Shown here: positions 11,881-24,866 of the stretch, piece by piece
How the letters are laid out: each line of letters opens with the position of its first letter
Numbering within the stretch: the first letter of the stretch is position 1
Assembly: GCF_963921235.1 (NCBI RefSeq)
Contig: NC_086123.1
Coordinates: forward strand, 28,954,001 to 29,018,000
Direction: 5' to 3'
Source of the DNA: Mobula hypostoma
Taxonomy: Eukaryota
DNA: 64,000 bases
Notes under the pieces: model-generated
Seen by the model: only the letters and a program-made list of their open reading frames with translations
What the model was told of the DNA's origin: nothing
Databases searched by the model: none
Position numbers and translations under genes: made by a program

Positions 11881-12384
11881 GTGCTCCATATGGTTCATGC
11901 AGAATGCATCACTTGGCCATACGTAGAACAATATCACCCAAATGAGAAAGGACTGGGAATACTAGAGATGCTATGTGAATATCCGTGGATGGAATTAATT
12001 CAACAAGAAATCAACACGATGCACCCCATTAGAAAATGCTTCAGCCTGTTTATATTCTATCCTTTTATATATTTTTGCATGTCCCTGTAGTCTATTTTCA
12101 TGTTACAATGTAAATTACTTCCCGTAATTTTGCACCTCTAACACAACATGCTCATTGTGAGGTTCAGTGTCCTTCATTACATGGCTATTGCCCTCCACTG
12201 GCCTCTTCAACTTTCCAAGTTACGATTCATTTTTCACAAGGAATGAGAAGAGGAAAATAAAACTCACACTGGGGGATTTCCTCAGTTTAGGTTACCCCAG
12301 TTGTGCTCGGAAACGGCACCACGCTTCTTGGAGAACTCAAGTGAGCCACGCCTTCTCAGAAACCAGCTACCAAGGATTAGCTTC

Positions 12385-12830
12385 AAGTTAAATGTGAGAC
12401 ATCAAAGTACATTTATTATCAAAGAATGTATAAATTATACAACCTTGAGATTTGTTTGCTTACAGGCAGCCACAACGCAAGAAACCCAGAAGAACCCAAT
12501 TAAAGGAAAAAAAAGAGTAAAAATTAAAATTGAAGACCAACACCCAATGCGCAAGATAAAGAAAAAAAATGAATCATGCAAACAATTAAAGTGAACAACA
12601 ACATTCCAAACCAAAACTGAGTCCTCAAATCCAAGCCCTGGAGTAGCCACAGTAGGCCCAAAGCCTCGATTATCAGTTCATCGTATTAGCGGGCACAGAG
12701 CACAGCAGCTGAGGCAGTCTTCCTAGCCTCGGCACCACGCAGTGAGGAGTGGATGAGCAGAGACCGAGCAAAATCGGCTCTTGCCCCGGATCCTGACACT
12801 TTGGTTCTGTTCACATCTCAGCTGCCCTGA
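12385..12830 (-). mobile_element. Non-autonomous retroposon with a Rex-type 3' tail
   Basis: Collinear with 42770-43135 and, in reverse, with 46880-47040 + 51653-51810; tail AATCTCAAGGTTGTATA...GATAATAAATGTACTTTGA is shared with Rex fragments. Confidence 0.7.
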
Positions 12831-14097
12831 CCTCTGTCTACCGTGCATTCAAATTACATTGAAGCACAGAACAAGCTCTAGCTGAATGCACATAGGGGCC
12901 AGTGAGATGAGAATAAGTAAGTCTGGCCATGGTGAAAAGGCGGTCAGTAATAGTTAATTTTTCATTTTTATACATAAAACCACAGTTGAAGACTTGAAGA
13001 GAGAGCAATGATAGCAGTGGATCCTGTGTATTATATATTACACGTATGGCAAGTAATACTGCTACTCAGTGACTGGTGAGCTTCCCTGTCAAACCTGCTG
13101 TAACCATATGGTCCAAACAGAGTAAACAGAATATCACCTGCAGCAAACCAGCTGAGTATTTGAGAGCAGACAAGCTGTGCTGCTGGTGAATCACTGTGAA
13201 TTAGTTTAGCATCCTGAATAGGTATTCCACAGTCAAGTTAATGGAACGTACATTTTTCCTGTAGAATGGACACTGCAATACTGGCACAAAATTGAATTAG
13301 GTAGAATCCGTAAGGCAAGAAGAGGTCACCCGGCCTACATTAAATATGCATGCAACATGAAAACCAGGGTCAGGTTTATGCTTTACTTGCTGCGAAATAT
13401 TCTTTTCCCAAAGCAGGATGCGGTTCTCCCTGCTCCATGTAATCAGCTTTCCTTCATGAACACTCACTCAGAGTAACGCTTCAAAAATTGAAATTAATTT
13501 TAAAGGAGGTCATTCATGCAGATAAAAGCCTTCAAACTGAAGCCTTCATTTAAAGGAAATCAGGATGGAAGGAAATACTGATAGCCTTATCTCGAAAATT
13601 CTGAGGCTGACAGAAATAACTGATCTCTTAGCACTAATTAGGGAGTTGTACTGCTGTTGACTTCAAAGAATGAGAGAATGACCCAAACGGGAGATAAGGG
13701 AAATGCCTAATACATTCGCCATTTACAAAGATTCACCCGATCTAAGAATATGTGCAAGACAGTCATACCCCGAGGATTATCTTGAGAGTGCAGGTGCTTA
13801 CCCCTAATTACAAAGGCTTCTTTTGTACTGTACTTTGATCAAATAGGTTAATGCAGGATTAGACTTAATCACATTATTGTACAAAAAAAAGCCCTTTCAC
13901 TTACAACTACGTCTTGCGGTGAATGCAGATTAGTGACCGAACATATATTCTAATATATGTACACATTCAAGGAGCAGTGCCTCAAAAAGGCAGCGTCCAT
14001 CATTAAGGACCGCACACACCCCCACCGTCCCACACCACCCGGGACACATGCCCTGTTCTCATTGCTACCATCAGGCAGGAGGTACAGGAGCCTGAGT

Positions 14098-14782
14098 GGG
14101 GAGGGGAGGAGAAGATGGCCGCGCGACGCAGCGCGTGCAGCCGCTCCAAAATGATATGAGTATTTGTTGAATAGGTACCGTGCACAATCCTGATTTGATG
14201 GAGACGGACGTGAGAAGCTCGGAGGAACATCTGGAGAAACTTCTGAAATGCCTGCTTCGCTGCTGCTGCTACTGTGCGATCGAGAATCTCCGGAGGGGAA
14301 GGCCCCAGACCTTCAGCTTTGCCTATTGCCTGTTGCCGGGGCCGAGGTTGAAGCGCTCGGCAGAGATGGTGCTCGGTGCTCGGTGTCGGAGGGCTGGTCA
14401 GAGGCTCGAAGTTTTCGGACGGACTCAGAGTCGGCTGTGGTCGGGTGCTTCCAGGGTGCTGCATTGGCAAGTTTGCGGCGCTGGAGGTTCATGGCAGGGA
14501 GAGCTTTTCTTCTTTCTACCGTCTGCGTGAGATGATGGGACTTTCGAGAGACTTTGAGACTTTTTTTACTGTGCCCATGGTCTGTTCTTTATCAAATTAC
14601 AGTATTGCTTTGCACTGTTGTAACTATATGTTATAATTATGTGTTTTTTGTCAGTTTTTTTAGTCTTGGTTTGTCTTGTGTTTCTGTGATATCATACTGG
14701 AGGAACATTGTATTATTTCTTAATGCATGCATTACTAAATGACAATAAAAGAGGACTGCGTGTCCTCATAATCTAATCTAAT
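14098..14782 (+). mobile_element. Young GC/CpG-rich non-autonomous retroposon with an AAGATGG 5' end and (TAATC)n tail
   Basis: Cleanly splits the Rex fragment; begins GGAGAAGATGGCCGCGCG; ends AATAAAAGAGGACTGCGTGTCCTCATAATCTAATCTAA; no credible ORF. Confidence 0.7.
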
Positions 14783-14884
14783 TCAATAACAGCTTCTTCC
14801 CCTCTGCCACCCGATTTCTGAATGGTCATTGAACCCATGAACACTACCTCACTACTTTTTTGCTACTTCTTGTTTTTGCACTTT

Positions 14885-15144
14885 ATATATTTATTGAAAT
14901 ACAGCGTGGAATAGGCCCTTCAAGCCATGCCACCCAGCAATCACTGATTTAATCCTAGCCTAATCATGGGACAATTTACAATCATCAATTAACCTACCAA
15001 CCGGTACATCTTTGGACTGTGGGAGGAAACCAACGTTGCCACAGGAAGGAAGTACAAACTCCTTACAGGCAGCGGTGGGAATTGAACCCATGTCGGTAGT
15101 ATGCTAAAGCGTTGTGCTAACCACTACGCCACCGTGTCGCCCCT
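14885..15144 (-). mobile_element. tRNA-derived V-SINE (HE1-like), near full length
   Basis: Reverse complement head GGGGCGACACGGTGGCGTAGTGGTTAGCAC (A box), GGGTTCAATTCC (B box), V-domain GGAGTTTGTAC...GGTTTCCTCCCACAGTCCAAAG. Confidence 0.88.
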
Positions 15145-15394
15145 AGTTAATAGTTAACTTCAATATTTTATGTGTGTGTATATATATTTACTGTAATTCA
15201 CAGCTTTTTTCTATATTATTATATATTGCTACTGCAAAGTTAACAAATTTCACAACATTTGCCAGTGATATTAAATCTGATTCAGATTCAGATATTCAAT
15301 CACAGAAGAATAAAAACTGATTTCCAAATTACATGTAAATGATTACGGAATTTCTTTAAACATCCAGTGGGAGTACCAGATAGTTGGAAAACTT

Positions 15395-15862
15395 TCAAAT
15401 GGTCAAAGGTTCACTTATAATCAAAGCATACATCCATATACAGGTTGAAATTTGTATTCTCCAGATGGCCACAAACAATGAGAAAGAATATGAAAGTCGT
15501 TCAGAGAGAGATATCAAGCACCCCCCCCCCGTACAAAAACGAACAGCATCCTGATCATCAACCCCGCAAAAAAACCCTCCCCCGTGCACAGCAGAACAGG
15601 AACGTAGACCTCAAAAAACCCCTCCCCCACACAAAAAACTAACAGACAGCAACCCCCTAACAACCTCCTCTCGTACAACAGGAGATTAAAAAAAAGCACA
15701 GAATACGAAAATCGTAAGTCTGAAAAGGTCCACAGTCCATAAATGCAATAGTCCAATCCATAAACACAGAACCATGATACCATCCTCCGATATCATTGGC
15801 ATTCATCGTAAGAGGACACCACACAAGGCAGAGAGGCCTACCCGCCTGCTGAAGTTGCCACC
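15395..15862 (-). mobile_element. Non-autonomous retroposon 3' part with an internal C/A-rich minisatellite (same family as 29720-30935)
   Basis: Shares TCAAAGGTTCA..TA..ATCAAAG end, AACAG..AAC..CCCTCCCC repeat units and AAGACTGAAAA..TC.A.AGTCCA-like segment with 29720-30390. Confidence 0.6.
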
Positions 15863-16707
15863 TCACTTTGGTATTGAGGCATCTCCAAGGAACAACCTAT
15901 TATGACCTCCCTCTTTTCTGAGGATGGCATCAACAGTCAAATAAGAAAGGAGCGAGGCAAATAAAAGAAACATTTTTTAAAAGATTGTGGTTGGAACACA
16001 AATACAGCTGAGTGAATTACAGCTCTATAAATCTAAATGAGGGCTTCTGATGCCAATGTGAATCAAGGGATGAGCTCTTCTTGTAATTAGATTACTTTTG
16101 GCAATTAACTAGCAAAGCCCTGTTATAAAATGCAGCAATACCATTCAGAACTTCTTGGGCCACAATTTGATAGTTTGCAATGATACCACAGATGGCAAAA
16201 AGGTTGTACACGTTAGACCTAAAAGATTATTGTTTGAAGAATATGGGACCCTCAAGTTCACCAGTTTCCCGAGCATTATCCTGCTTTGTAAATTTTGCTA
16301 CTTGACTAATCAATATCCCTCTGTTGGGCATTGTTCAGATACTGTGGTTGAAACTGTATTGTATTGTGCGAAATGAGATTGAATACTAATATACTCATCT
16401 ACAACCCCTTTGTTAGCTTAGAAAAATTAAAACTACTTAAAATATCTGCATAATTTCAACAATGTGTTTTTGCTTTATCTTTACAGTGATCTATCTTACT
16501 CTACAATACGCCTTGCATGTTAAATTCACTTACCTTTATCCACTGTAGCTTACTAACATCCATTCCTAATCTTTCCTGATGCCTTTGTTCTAGCCTCCTG
16601 CTCAGATATCCCCATATTTTGCACTCAGCCATAATATTACTTAGGACTTTGTATATAGGATACCAGTCACAGTATTAGCCTTTTATAAACAGTTCTTTCC
16701 ACATTTG

Positions 16708-17250
16708 AACATAGAACAGCACAGGACGGTACCGGCCCTTCAGCCCATGATGCTGTGCCAATCTATATAAACATATACCACAATCAATCTAACCCTTCCT
16801 TCCTATACAGCCCATAATCCTCCATCTTTTTACATCTATGTACCTATCTAAGAGTCTTTTAAATGTCCACCAACAACCTCCACACTTTCAACCACTCTCT
16901 GTGTACACAAAAACCTACCTCTGACATTTCCCCTAAATTTTTCTCTAATCAGCTTAAATGGACAACCTCTGGTTTTTGCCACTGCCACCCTAGGAAAAAA
17001 GCATTGGCTGTCCACTCTATCTATGTCTTTCATAATATTATGCACCTCTATCAAGGCGCTTGTCATCCTCTATCACTCCCCCTCATAAGACATGCTCTCT
17101 AATCCAGGCAGCATCCTAGTAAATCTCCTCTGCACTCTCCCTGAAGCTTCTACATCTTTCCTATAATGAGGTGTCAGAACTGAACACAATACCGCAAGCA
17201 TGGTCTAACCCCGTCCAATGATCTGCAACGTTACTTCATAACTCTTGGAC
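16708..17250 (-). mobile_element. CR1 LINE 3' fragment
   Basis: ORF 16848-17066 LIEVHNIMKDIDRVDSQCFFPRVAVAKTRG..FK...TQRVV; tail starts GAACATAGAAC. Confidence 0.85.
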
Positions 17251-17739
17251 TCAACTGAAGGCCATTAAATCATAATCTCTTTTGAATCCTTATGCTTTTG
17301 TGATCCAAAGGTACTTCAGATTTCATGAGTAGGGCATAAAGCTTGTTGATAATGGCCATTTTATTAAGATATTACAAGAATGGAAACGAACAAGGCCAAG
17401 CAGCTGAGAGAACAAAGAACAAAGGATAAAGCCATTGTAGTTGTTTCATACTCAGACTAATGATACCAAAAATTCCTATGATAACAAGAAACTTATAAGA
17501 TAGCCAAATTCAAGTAATGTGACGCGTGCTACTGAAAACTAGAAAATTTCTATTAAAAAAATTACAGAAGCAACTGTACTGTAATTACTTGACCATGTAT
17601 TGAACAATTACATGTAAATAGATGATTTTATAAAAATACAAGCAAGCATAGGAACATTAAACAACAAGAAAAATAACAATTCTACTCCAATCCAACAGCT
17701 CCATCCTGGCCACCATATGATTCTCACGAATCTTCCTCT

Positions 17740-18385
17740 TCAAAGATCACATATGTCACCATATAGAACCCTGAGATTCATTTCCTTGTGGACATAGTCA
17801 GTGTCCCTATAGAATAATAACCATAATAGAGTCAATGAAAGACTGCACCAAGTTGGATATTCAACCCATGTGCCAAAGACAAATTGTGCATAATAATAAT
17901 AATAATAAATAAATAGGCAACAAATGTTAAGAACATGAGATGAAGTGCCTTTGAGAGTGAGTCCATAGGTTGTGGGAACATTTCAATGACGGGGCAAGTA
18001 AAGTTATCCTCTCTGGTTCAACAGCCTGATGTTCAGGGATAGTAACTTTTTCTGAACCTGGTGGTGTGAGTCCTGAGGCTCCTGTACCTTCTTCCTGATG
18101 GAAACAGTGAGAAGACAGCCTGAGTGGGGCAGTCCCTGCTGATGGATACTGCTTTCCTTCGACAGCATTTCATGTACAGCAGATGTGGGGACCTGTGACG
18201 GACTGGGCTGTTGCCATTACTTTTTATAGGATTTTCCAATCGAGGGCATTGGTGTTTCCATACCAGGCTGTGATGCAGCCAGTCAATATACTCTTCACTA
18301 CACAACTATAGAAGTCTGTCAAAGTTTTAGATGTCGTGCTGAATCTCCACAAACTCCAAAGGAAGTGCTTTCTTTGTAATTTCAA
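17740..18385 (-). mobile_element. Rex/Babar LINE 3' fragment
   Basis: TLTDFYSCVVKSILTGCITAWYGNTNA and FSLFPSGRRYRSLRTHTTRFRKSYYP in ORFs 18224-18436 and 18033-18305. Confidence 0.88.
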
Positions 18386-18835
18386 TTTCTCTTGACTAAA
18401 GTATTCCACCTTTCTTATCAACCATGGTCCTTTCACTCTACCGTCTGTCCTTACCTCGTCTCAGTGGGTCACCCCTATCCAGAACCCCAGCAAGCAGTCC
18501 CTAAACAACCTCCACATGGAATCTATTTAAGTTTTTCTTTTAATGCACCAGAAATCTCAGAGAAGGAACAGACTCCTTATTGCAACATTTCCCACACACA
18601 CACAGAGTAGAAAGAGCTTGGGTTTCATGCATTTTCATATTCTGAATATGAACAATATGACACTTAATTTAATATTTAGAACAGCATGCCAGTTTAATAA
18701 ATTTCAAGTTATAAATATGAAATGTAAAGTGGCAACCCTCCAGTAGTTAGTATATAATGATACATTATAATACCAATGTGTCGACACAACTCAAGACTTA
18801 ATTTGAGTATATTATGGGTACAGGCTACACAATAC

Positions 18836-19158
18836 AAAGTTCAAAATTCAAGGTAAAATTTATTATCAGAGTCCATATATGTCACTACTCACAACCCTGA
18901 GATTTTGTTTTCCTGCGGGCATAGTCAGCAAATCTGTAGAATAGAAACTGTAAACTGGATAATGAAAGAACAAGAACATAGAAGACAGCAAACTGCGCAA
19001 ATGCAAATATAAATAAATAGCAATAAATAACGAGAGCATGAAATAACAAGATAAAGAATCCTTAAAGTGAGATCATTGGTTGTGGGAACACGAGTGTAGC
19101 TATCCAATTTTGTTCAAGCGCCTGATGGTAGAGGGGGTAGTAACTGTTCTTGAACTTG
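18836..19158 (-). mobile_element. Rex/Babar LINE 3' UTR fragment
   Basis: Reverse complement of the 3' UTR seen at 60860-61130; (TTTGAAC)n-type tail. Confidence 0.75.
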
Positions 19159-19384
19159 TCCAAGAAATGAACAAGCTGTGAACTGGATGCAAAACAGAAC
19201 TCAGTAGGTCCGACCGCATTTGCGGCGAGAGGAAAACAGATGAAAGGCCACCTACCTAAAACGTTAACTCAGATTTAAAGTAAAACTCAAAAATGCTGGC
19301 ATGCCAGCTGAATTGTGCTGTGTGATCTTTACACCAATATAACAGAGCAACTGGAATCTAACTTTAAGATCCCATCAAAAGGTA

Positions 19385-19860
19385 GCTTATCTGATTAGAC
19401 CACATTTGGAGTATTGAGTTCTGTTCTGGTCACATCATTATAGGAAGGATGTGGAAACTACAGAGAGGGTGCAGAGGAGATTTACAGCTATAAAGAGGGT
19501 GCACAGGATATTTACAGTGTTATAGAGGGTGCAGAGGAGCTTTACAACTTTAGAGAGGGTGCAATGGAGATTTACCAGGATGCTGCCATATTTTCCCCCA
19601 ACACAGCAACAGCTAATAAAAGAGGGCATCATTTTAAGGTGATTGAAGGAAGTATAGGGGGATGTTGGAGATAGTTTTCATTTTACACAGAAGTGTATGG
19701 TGGTGGTAGAGGCAGATATACCAGGGATATTTAAGGTACTCTTAGATAGGCACATAGATGAAATAAAAATGGAGGGCTATGTGGAAGGGAAGGGCTAATT
19801 TGATCTTGGAGTAGGGGAAAGGATGGGCACAACATTGTGGGCCATAGGGTCAGTTGTGTG
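19385..19860 (+). mobile_element. CR1 LINE fragment with an internal 30-bp tandem expansion
   Basis: RPHLEY..FWSHHYRKDVETTERVQRRFT motif; the ERVQRRFT-coding 30-mer is repeated 4 times at 19458-19577. Confidence 0.82.
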
Positions 19861-21056
19861 TCAAGCCTTGGAAATGAATGTTGCGTGTTTCTACATACAA
19901 ACATGTGCCACTGCCTGGGAAGCTGGGTAAAAGACAGGTCTGCGGGCTAGGAAGTCAGGGTGTCATTCAGGTGAATTGCTGGGCTTGGGTGCAAGAACAG
20001 CCCTTGCTCGTAGGTCAAAGCCTCAACTGAGGGGAATGGGAAGAAGGAAATGAATCACAGTTGAGTAGGGAGAGACTGATGGATATAGGCTAAGGTCAGG
20101 ACAATGGGTTAGGACATGTCTATGTCTAATGTAAGTATGAACCTCGTCACAATGGGGTTCCAGTCCACAGTGCTCTAAAAACATAGGAGGGACCTTTGGT
20201 GGTTGCCAACAGAACATCTTGGACTAATTTCCCCAGTAACTGCAACAGAAGTGTTGTATGAGGAAAAGCCCCCGTGATGAAATGGAAATTGTTTCAAATG
20301 CACGAGTGTGACCGATGCCAAGAAGTTCCCTGTCAAATTTTTGCAGTGACGCACAAGTACATTTCAGTTGTGGAGCATGGAAATAAGAAATTCGGTAGGC
20401 CACTGCATGTTCATTTAGAATATATGACGATTGGCGATTACTTACCAAGAGAAAGGCTGATATGGGCTTATAACGAAGTTCAGAATTCACACTGATGTTG
20501 GGCTGGCTAGACATTTGTAGCAAATCAATTAAAATAGCAGAATAGATGAAAAATTGCTTAATAAAAAAAAAGTATCTCATTTTCATCTACTGATTGGATC
20601 AGTGCTCTATAAACTGCAGCGAAGAACAGACCATTTAAAACTCTTCATATATAAACTGATAAGTTGCACCTTCAGCAATCCCGTCTTAGAAAAAACACAC
20701 TTCCCAGAAACGTTTGTTTTATTACATAATAACTATAAAGCTTTGAAAATACGCTTCATGACATCTGGCAACAGCTGACTACATTTAATGTGCTCGGCAT
20801 TAAAACTAATTTTGGAGCACATGATACGACTGCATCAGGAATTTTATACCGATGCATTTTGTTCGCGTACGATGGAATTCGGAAAAGTGGAAAATGAAAG
20901 AGCCAAGACTTTGTTCTGTGCTTAATGTTGACAAAATCAAAAGCTATTCCTTTCGGTTTCTGCCAGCACCCACATTCCTGACTTCTGCTCTAAAAACCTT
21001 CCACGTTGCTGGACTGCACCAGCTCTGAAACTTCAGTGTTTTGCCTCACCCTAAGA

Positions 21057-21342
21057 CAGGGGTTCAGAATCAGGTTGAATATCACCGGCATATGTCGTGA
21101 AATTTGTTGACTTTGCGGCAGGAGTACAATGCCATACCTAATAACAGAGTGAGAAAAAGCTGTAAATTAGTGTAAGCATTATATATTAAATAAATTAAAT
21201 AATTAGTGCAAAAATAGAAATTTAATAACAAGTAGTGAAGCAGTGTTCATGGATTAAATGTTCATTCAGAAACAATGTCCATTCCCAAATTTTTTTATGC
21301 CATTAACCAAGGGCTCCGTGGACCTTAGATTGGGAAGCTCTA
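21057..21342. mobile_element. Tiny hAT (Charlie-like) MITE split by a Rex tail insertion
   Basis: CAGGGGTTC at 21057, Rex tail (TCAGAA)n on the minus strand at about 21065-21275, then TTCCCAA.TTTTTTATGCC..TCCGTGGACC..TTGGGAA; a related copy lies at about 33275-33355. Confidence 0.5.
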
Positions 21343-21721
21343 CCCCGAGATGTCCTGCTTACCTCCTATCTAGTCTTTGCTAAAACTACACTGCACTTCA
21401 TCATGGGGGCCTTTCCTTATGATGACTTTCCTCCCTCATTGCTGCTATGCTGCCTTCTTCTCCTTCTGCCTCTCCCAACCTGAAGCCGAAAGCCTAATCC
21501 ATCAATTGTCAAGAAAGGAATGTTTCCTGTCGCCTCCTCTGAAGTTCGCAGTCTTCAGTTATTCCAGAGCTCTGAATATCAACGCATGGAGGTCTCTCTT
21601 TTTGTGCAACCTTGTTTCCTATTATACTGCACAAGCATCAAGGGCTTACTACACATCAGCCCACCCCATCATGACCCATACATTTAAAATCTTTTAACAA
21701 ACTAGCTGCTTTTAGATAAGA

Positions 21722-22325
21722 GCGGCACCGTAGTGCAGTGGTTCGCACAGTAGTGCCATGGTTCAGTTCCCTCGCTGTCTGTACGGACTTTGTACGTTCT
21801 CCCCGTGGCAGTGTGGGTTTCCACCAGGTGCGACATTTTCCTCCTGCAGTCCAAAGTCATACCGGTTGGTAGATTAATCATTCATTGTAAATTGTCCCAG
21901 GATTTATATAGGCATCCGTTAGCCTCATGAGACCATGGATTTGCGTCTTGGAAGGTTTTCAGGATGCAGGCCTGGGCAAGGTTGTATGGAAGACCGGCAG
22001 TTGCCCGTGCTGCAAGTCTCCCCTCTCCGCACCACCGATGTTGTCCAAAGGAAGGGCATTAGGACCCATAGAGCTTGGCACCAGTGTCGTCGCAGAGCAA
22101 TGTATGGTTAAGTGCCTTGCTCAAGAACACACACGCTGCCTCAGCCAAGGCTCAAACTAGAGACCTTCAAATCACTAGACGAACGCCTTAACCACTTGGC
22201 CAAGTGCCAACACAACACGCGCCTAATCTGTCCCAGGATTAGACTCGGGTTAAATCAGGGGTTGCTGAGTGATGCAGCTCAAATGGCCGGAAGGGCCTAT
22301 TCTGTTCTTTCTTTCAATAAATAAA
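21722..22325 (+). mobile_element. V-SINE (HE1-like) interrupted by a second SINE
   Basis: Head GCGGCACCGTAGTGCAGTGGTT and V-domain TTTGTACGTTCTCCCCGTG; resumes after 22240 and ends TCAATAAATAAA. Confidence 0.82.
21905..22228 (-). mobile_element. tRNA-headed CORE-like SINE with an RTE-related tail
   Basis: 12-bp TSD TGTCCCAGGATT (21893-21904, 22229-22240); reverse complement head TGGCCAAGTGGTTAAGG (A box) and TCTTGAGCAAGGCACTTAACC (CORE-like); tail shared with 5790-5985. Confidence 0.8.
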
Positions 22326-22579
22326 TTTTACAACTTCAAACCAAAGTTATCACCTTTTGGAAAATGATCCTTCAGTTATTAACTTTCCATCCACCATCTT
22401 GCCTTGTTATTAATTGGTACCTTAAAAAAAAAAGCTTGAAAATATTTCCATGTTACCTTGCAACACAGAAGAAGGCCATTTCAACCTACTGAGTCCATGC
22501 TGGCTCCCAGAACAACCTTATCCCACCATTACTTTTCCCTATAACCTGTTCACTGCACATTCCCATCAGCTCCCAGAGA

Positions 22580-22725
22580 TAAACAGAGGAGATTCCACAG
22601 ATGCTGGAAATCTTGAGGAACACACACACACACACAAAATGCCGGAGGAACTCAGCAAGTCAGGCAGCATCTATGGTGAGGAAGAAACAGTCAACATTTC
22701 AGGCCAAACCCCTTCATCAGGACCC
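22580..22725 (-). mobile_element. Penelope pseudo-LTR-derived short copy
   Basis: CAGATGCTGGAAAT...GGAGGAACTCAGCAAGTCAGGCAGCATCTATGG...CAGTCAACATTTCAGGCCAAACCCCTTCATCAGGAC. Confidence 0.8.
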
Positions 22726-23616
22726 TAAGATTCTACCATTCATCTCCACACTTGGGGGAATTTATAGTCTTCATTTAAGCTACATGTCCTTGGGATGTGG
22801 TGGAAAAAGGAGCACCTAAGAAACCCACATGGACTCAAGGAGGCATGCAAACTCCACGTTAGAGTTCAGAACCCGTCCTGTCGGTGCTACCTCCAGTGTT
22901 TGACCTGTGGAATGACAAGCTGGATTGCGTACATATGTACGTTCGTCTGCGGACTTGCTGAGAACTGCTTGTTCTTGCCGATAACCCCCATGCACCATCA
23001 GCTTACGGGACTTGGTCTATAGATATATTTCTTTTGTGTCACTGTATTTTACTGCTGTCTTATATGTGCTATACGTGCTTTGTGCTGTGTGTGACTGTTG
23101 GCACCTTGGCCCCGGAGTAACACTGTTTCATTTGGCTGTATTCATGGGTATTCATGTGTGGTTGAATGACAAGTAAACTTGAACTTGAAAACCGAGTCAC
23201 TGGAGCTGGGAGGCAGCAGCTTTTGTTGTTTCAACACCGTACCGAGCACAAAGGTGTGTGAAAAATAAATAAATTTATTGTGAGTTATTTAGTTCTCTGG
23301 AGCTCCATACTTGGAATTTCATGTTTTCATAATGGTTACATGAAAGCATATTACTTTCTCCACTGGTTATATTCATCGTGCATTATATCACCAAAAAACA
23401 TTGCTAGCACTGGCTTCCAAGTCTGACTTATTTATTCATTAAGTGGAATTACATTGCTGTCTAAGTCACTCTTGTTACAGAGAAATAGTAACTGCAGATT
23501 TCTAAGTGTGTGAAATCACAAAGACCAAGTTGCAGAGGTTAGGATCATAGACAAAGTAAAACAATTAAACGTCTCAGAATATACAAAGTCGATGGGTTAA
23601 ACAGTATCTGTGGAAG

Positions 23617-23836
23617 ATAGAGCCATAGGAAAGTACAGCACAGGAACAGACCCTACAGCCCATCTAGTCCATGTCAAACTATTGACCTGCACCGGGACTA
23701 TAGCCCTCCATACCCCTACCATCCATGTACCTAGCCGGACTTCTCCTAAATATTGAAACGAAGCTCACATGCACCACTTGTGCTAGCAGCTCACTCCACA
23801 TTCTCTCAACACTCTGAGGGAAGAAGTTTCCCCACA
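23617..23836 (-). mobile_element. CR1 LINE 3' end inserted in an inverted Penelope-derived structure (about 23560-24215)
   Basis: ATAGAGCCATAGGAAAGTACAGCACAGG tail, reverse complement of the 2925-3140 type; flanked by Penelope pseudo-LTR pieces in opposite orientations. Confidence 0.7.
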
Positions 23837-24866
23837 AGTTGATATTTCAAGTCAAGATCCTGATTCAGGACTCAGGTGAGGGAACAAGAAAGACTGCCAG
23901 TGTATAGCATATTGTCCCTTCCCCCTCCCATTTGGATTCACCTGTCATCTACCAGCCGCTGTCTCACCCCCCCCCACCTGATTCCATCTGCCCATTACCC
24001 CTTCCTCCTCTGGTTCCACCGACTACCTCCAGCTTCTATCCCACACATCCCCCACTTAATCCCAACGTATGCAGAAAATCTTTCCTTTTCCCCCTCCATA
24101 CTGATTCTGGGCTCGAAACATCAAGTTACACCTTTTGCCTGCACAGGTGCTACTTGATCCACTGAGTTCTTCCAGCATTCTGTTTTCCTTCTAGTTCCAG
24201 CTCCACAGTCTCTCTTGTCAGCTCTAGCAAAAAGCTTGTTGAAATTTTAGTGGTTCTGAAGGCACAAAGGTCCTTTAATATCTTTCACCATTCCTTACAC
24301 ATCACTCCACAGAAAATTCTCTTTAATCAACAACATGAGTAAAAACAGAAATCTCTCTGCTTTTATGCACAATATATTATTTTTGCAACTGGTTACTGAT
24401 CTTAAAACTACTGGCCCCCATAACTCAATAAGAGACCAACATCAGAAATTTAAAAGCCATGTTTCTCGGTGGGGATGTTAATGCTGTGAATGGTGGCATT
24501 GTTTCAAACAGCAGTCTCAGTGCATTTTGGAACAATATTAAAAGCAAATGGAAAATTGGGTGTAAGATTGGAACTTTTAGTTAAATATTTCACCACTAGT
24601 TTCCCTAGTTATGAAATTACATGGTAGTGAATTCCAACAAAATTTCTTCAATCATTCTTTTATCAGAACTAAATGTGCTAAAGTCAACATTAGGAAATAA
24701 TTGACATCCCTTCTCTAAGAGTTCATTTCTATGTATACTTTAAGGCCAACTTTGGGATTTGCTTTAAATGTAGAAAACCCTTTAAAATATTTCAACATTC
24801 AACCTCTTTATTTAATGATGTGTTTCTCCTTGTACCGAGCACTCTTGCATTTAGTTTGATAGCCTA

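Larger units (their letters stand above)
13955..15292 (+). mobile_element. Rex/Babar LINE 3' fragment interrupted by two insertions
   Basis: EQCLKKAASIIKD...HALFSLLPSGRRYRSL (13957-14097) resumes as NSFFPSATRFLN at about 14783; the tail ends (TTCAGA)n at about 15292. Confidence 0.8.

Noticed and set aside
14003-14636. Overlapping GC-rich ORFs and CpG-island-like composition
   Set aside because: They lie wholly within an inserted retroposon that splits a Rex fragment; not a host promoter or gene.
15060-15144. tRNA-like A/B boxes (also at 21722, 22150-22210, 26803, 36570)
   Set aside because: These are SINE heads continuous with SINE bodies and have no complete cloverleaf, so they are not tRNA genes.
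20441-20510. Possible minus-strand micro-exon ending in GTAAGT
   Set aside because: Weak acceptor, unrecognisable peptide and no companion exons.
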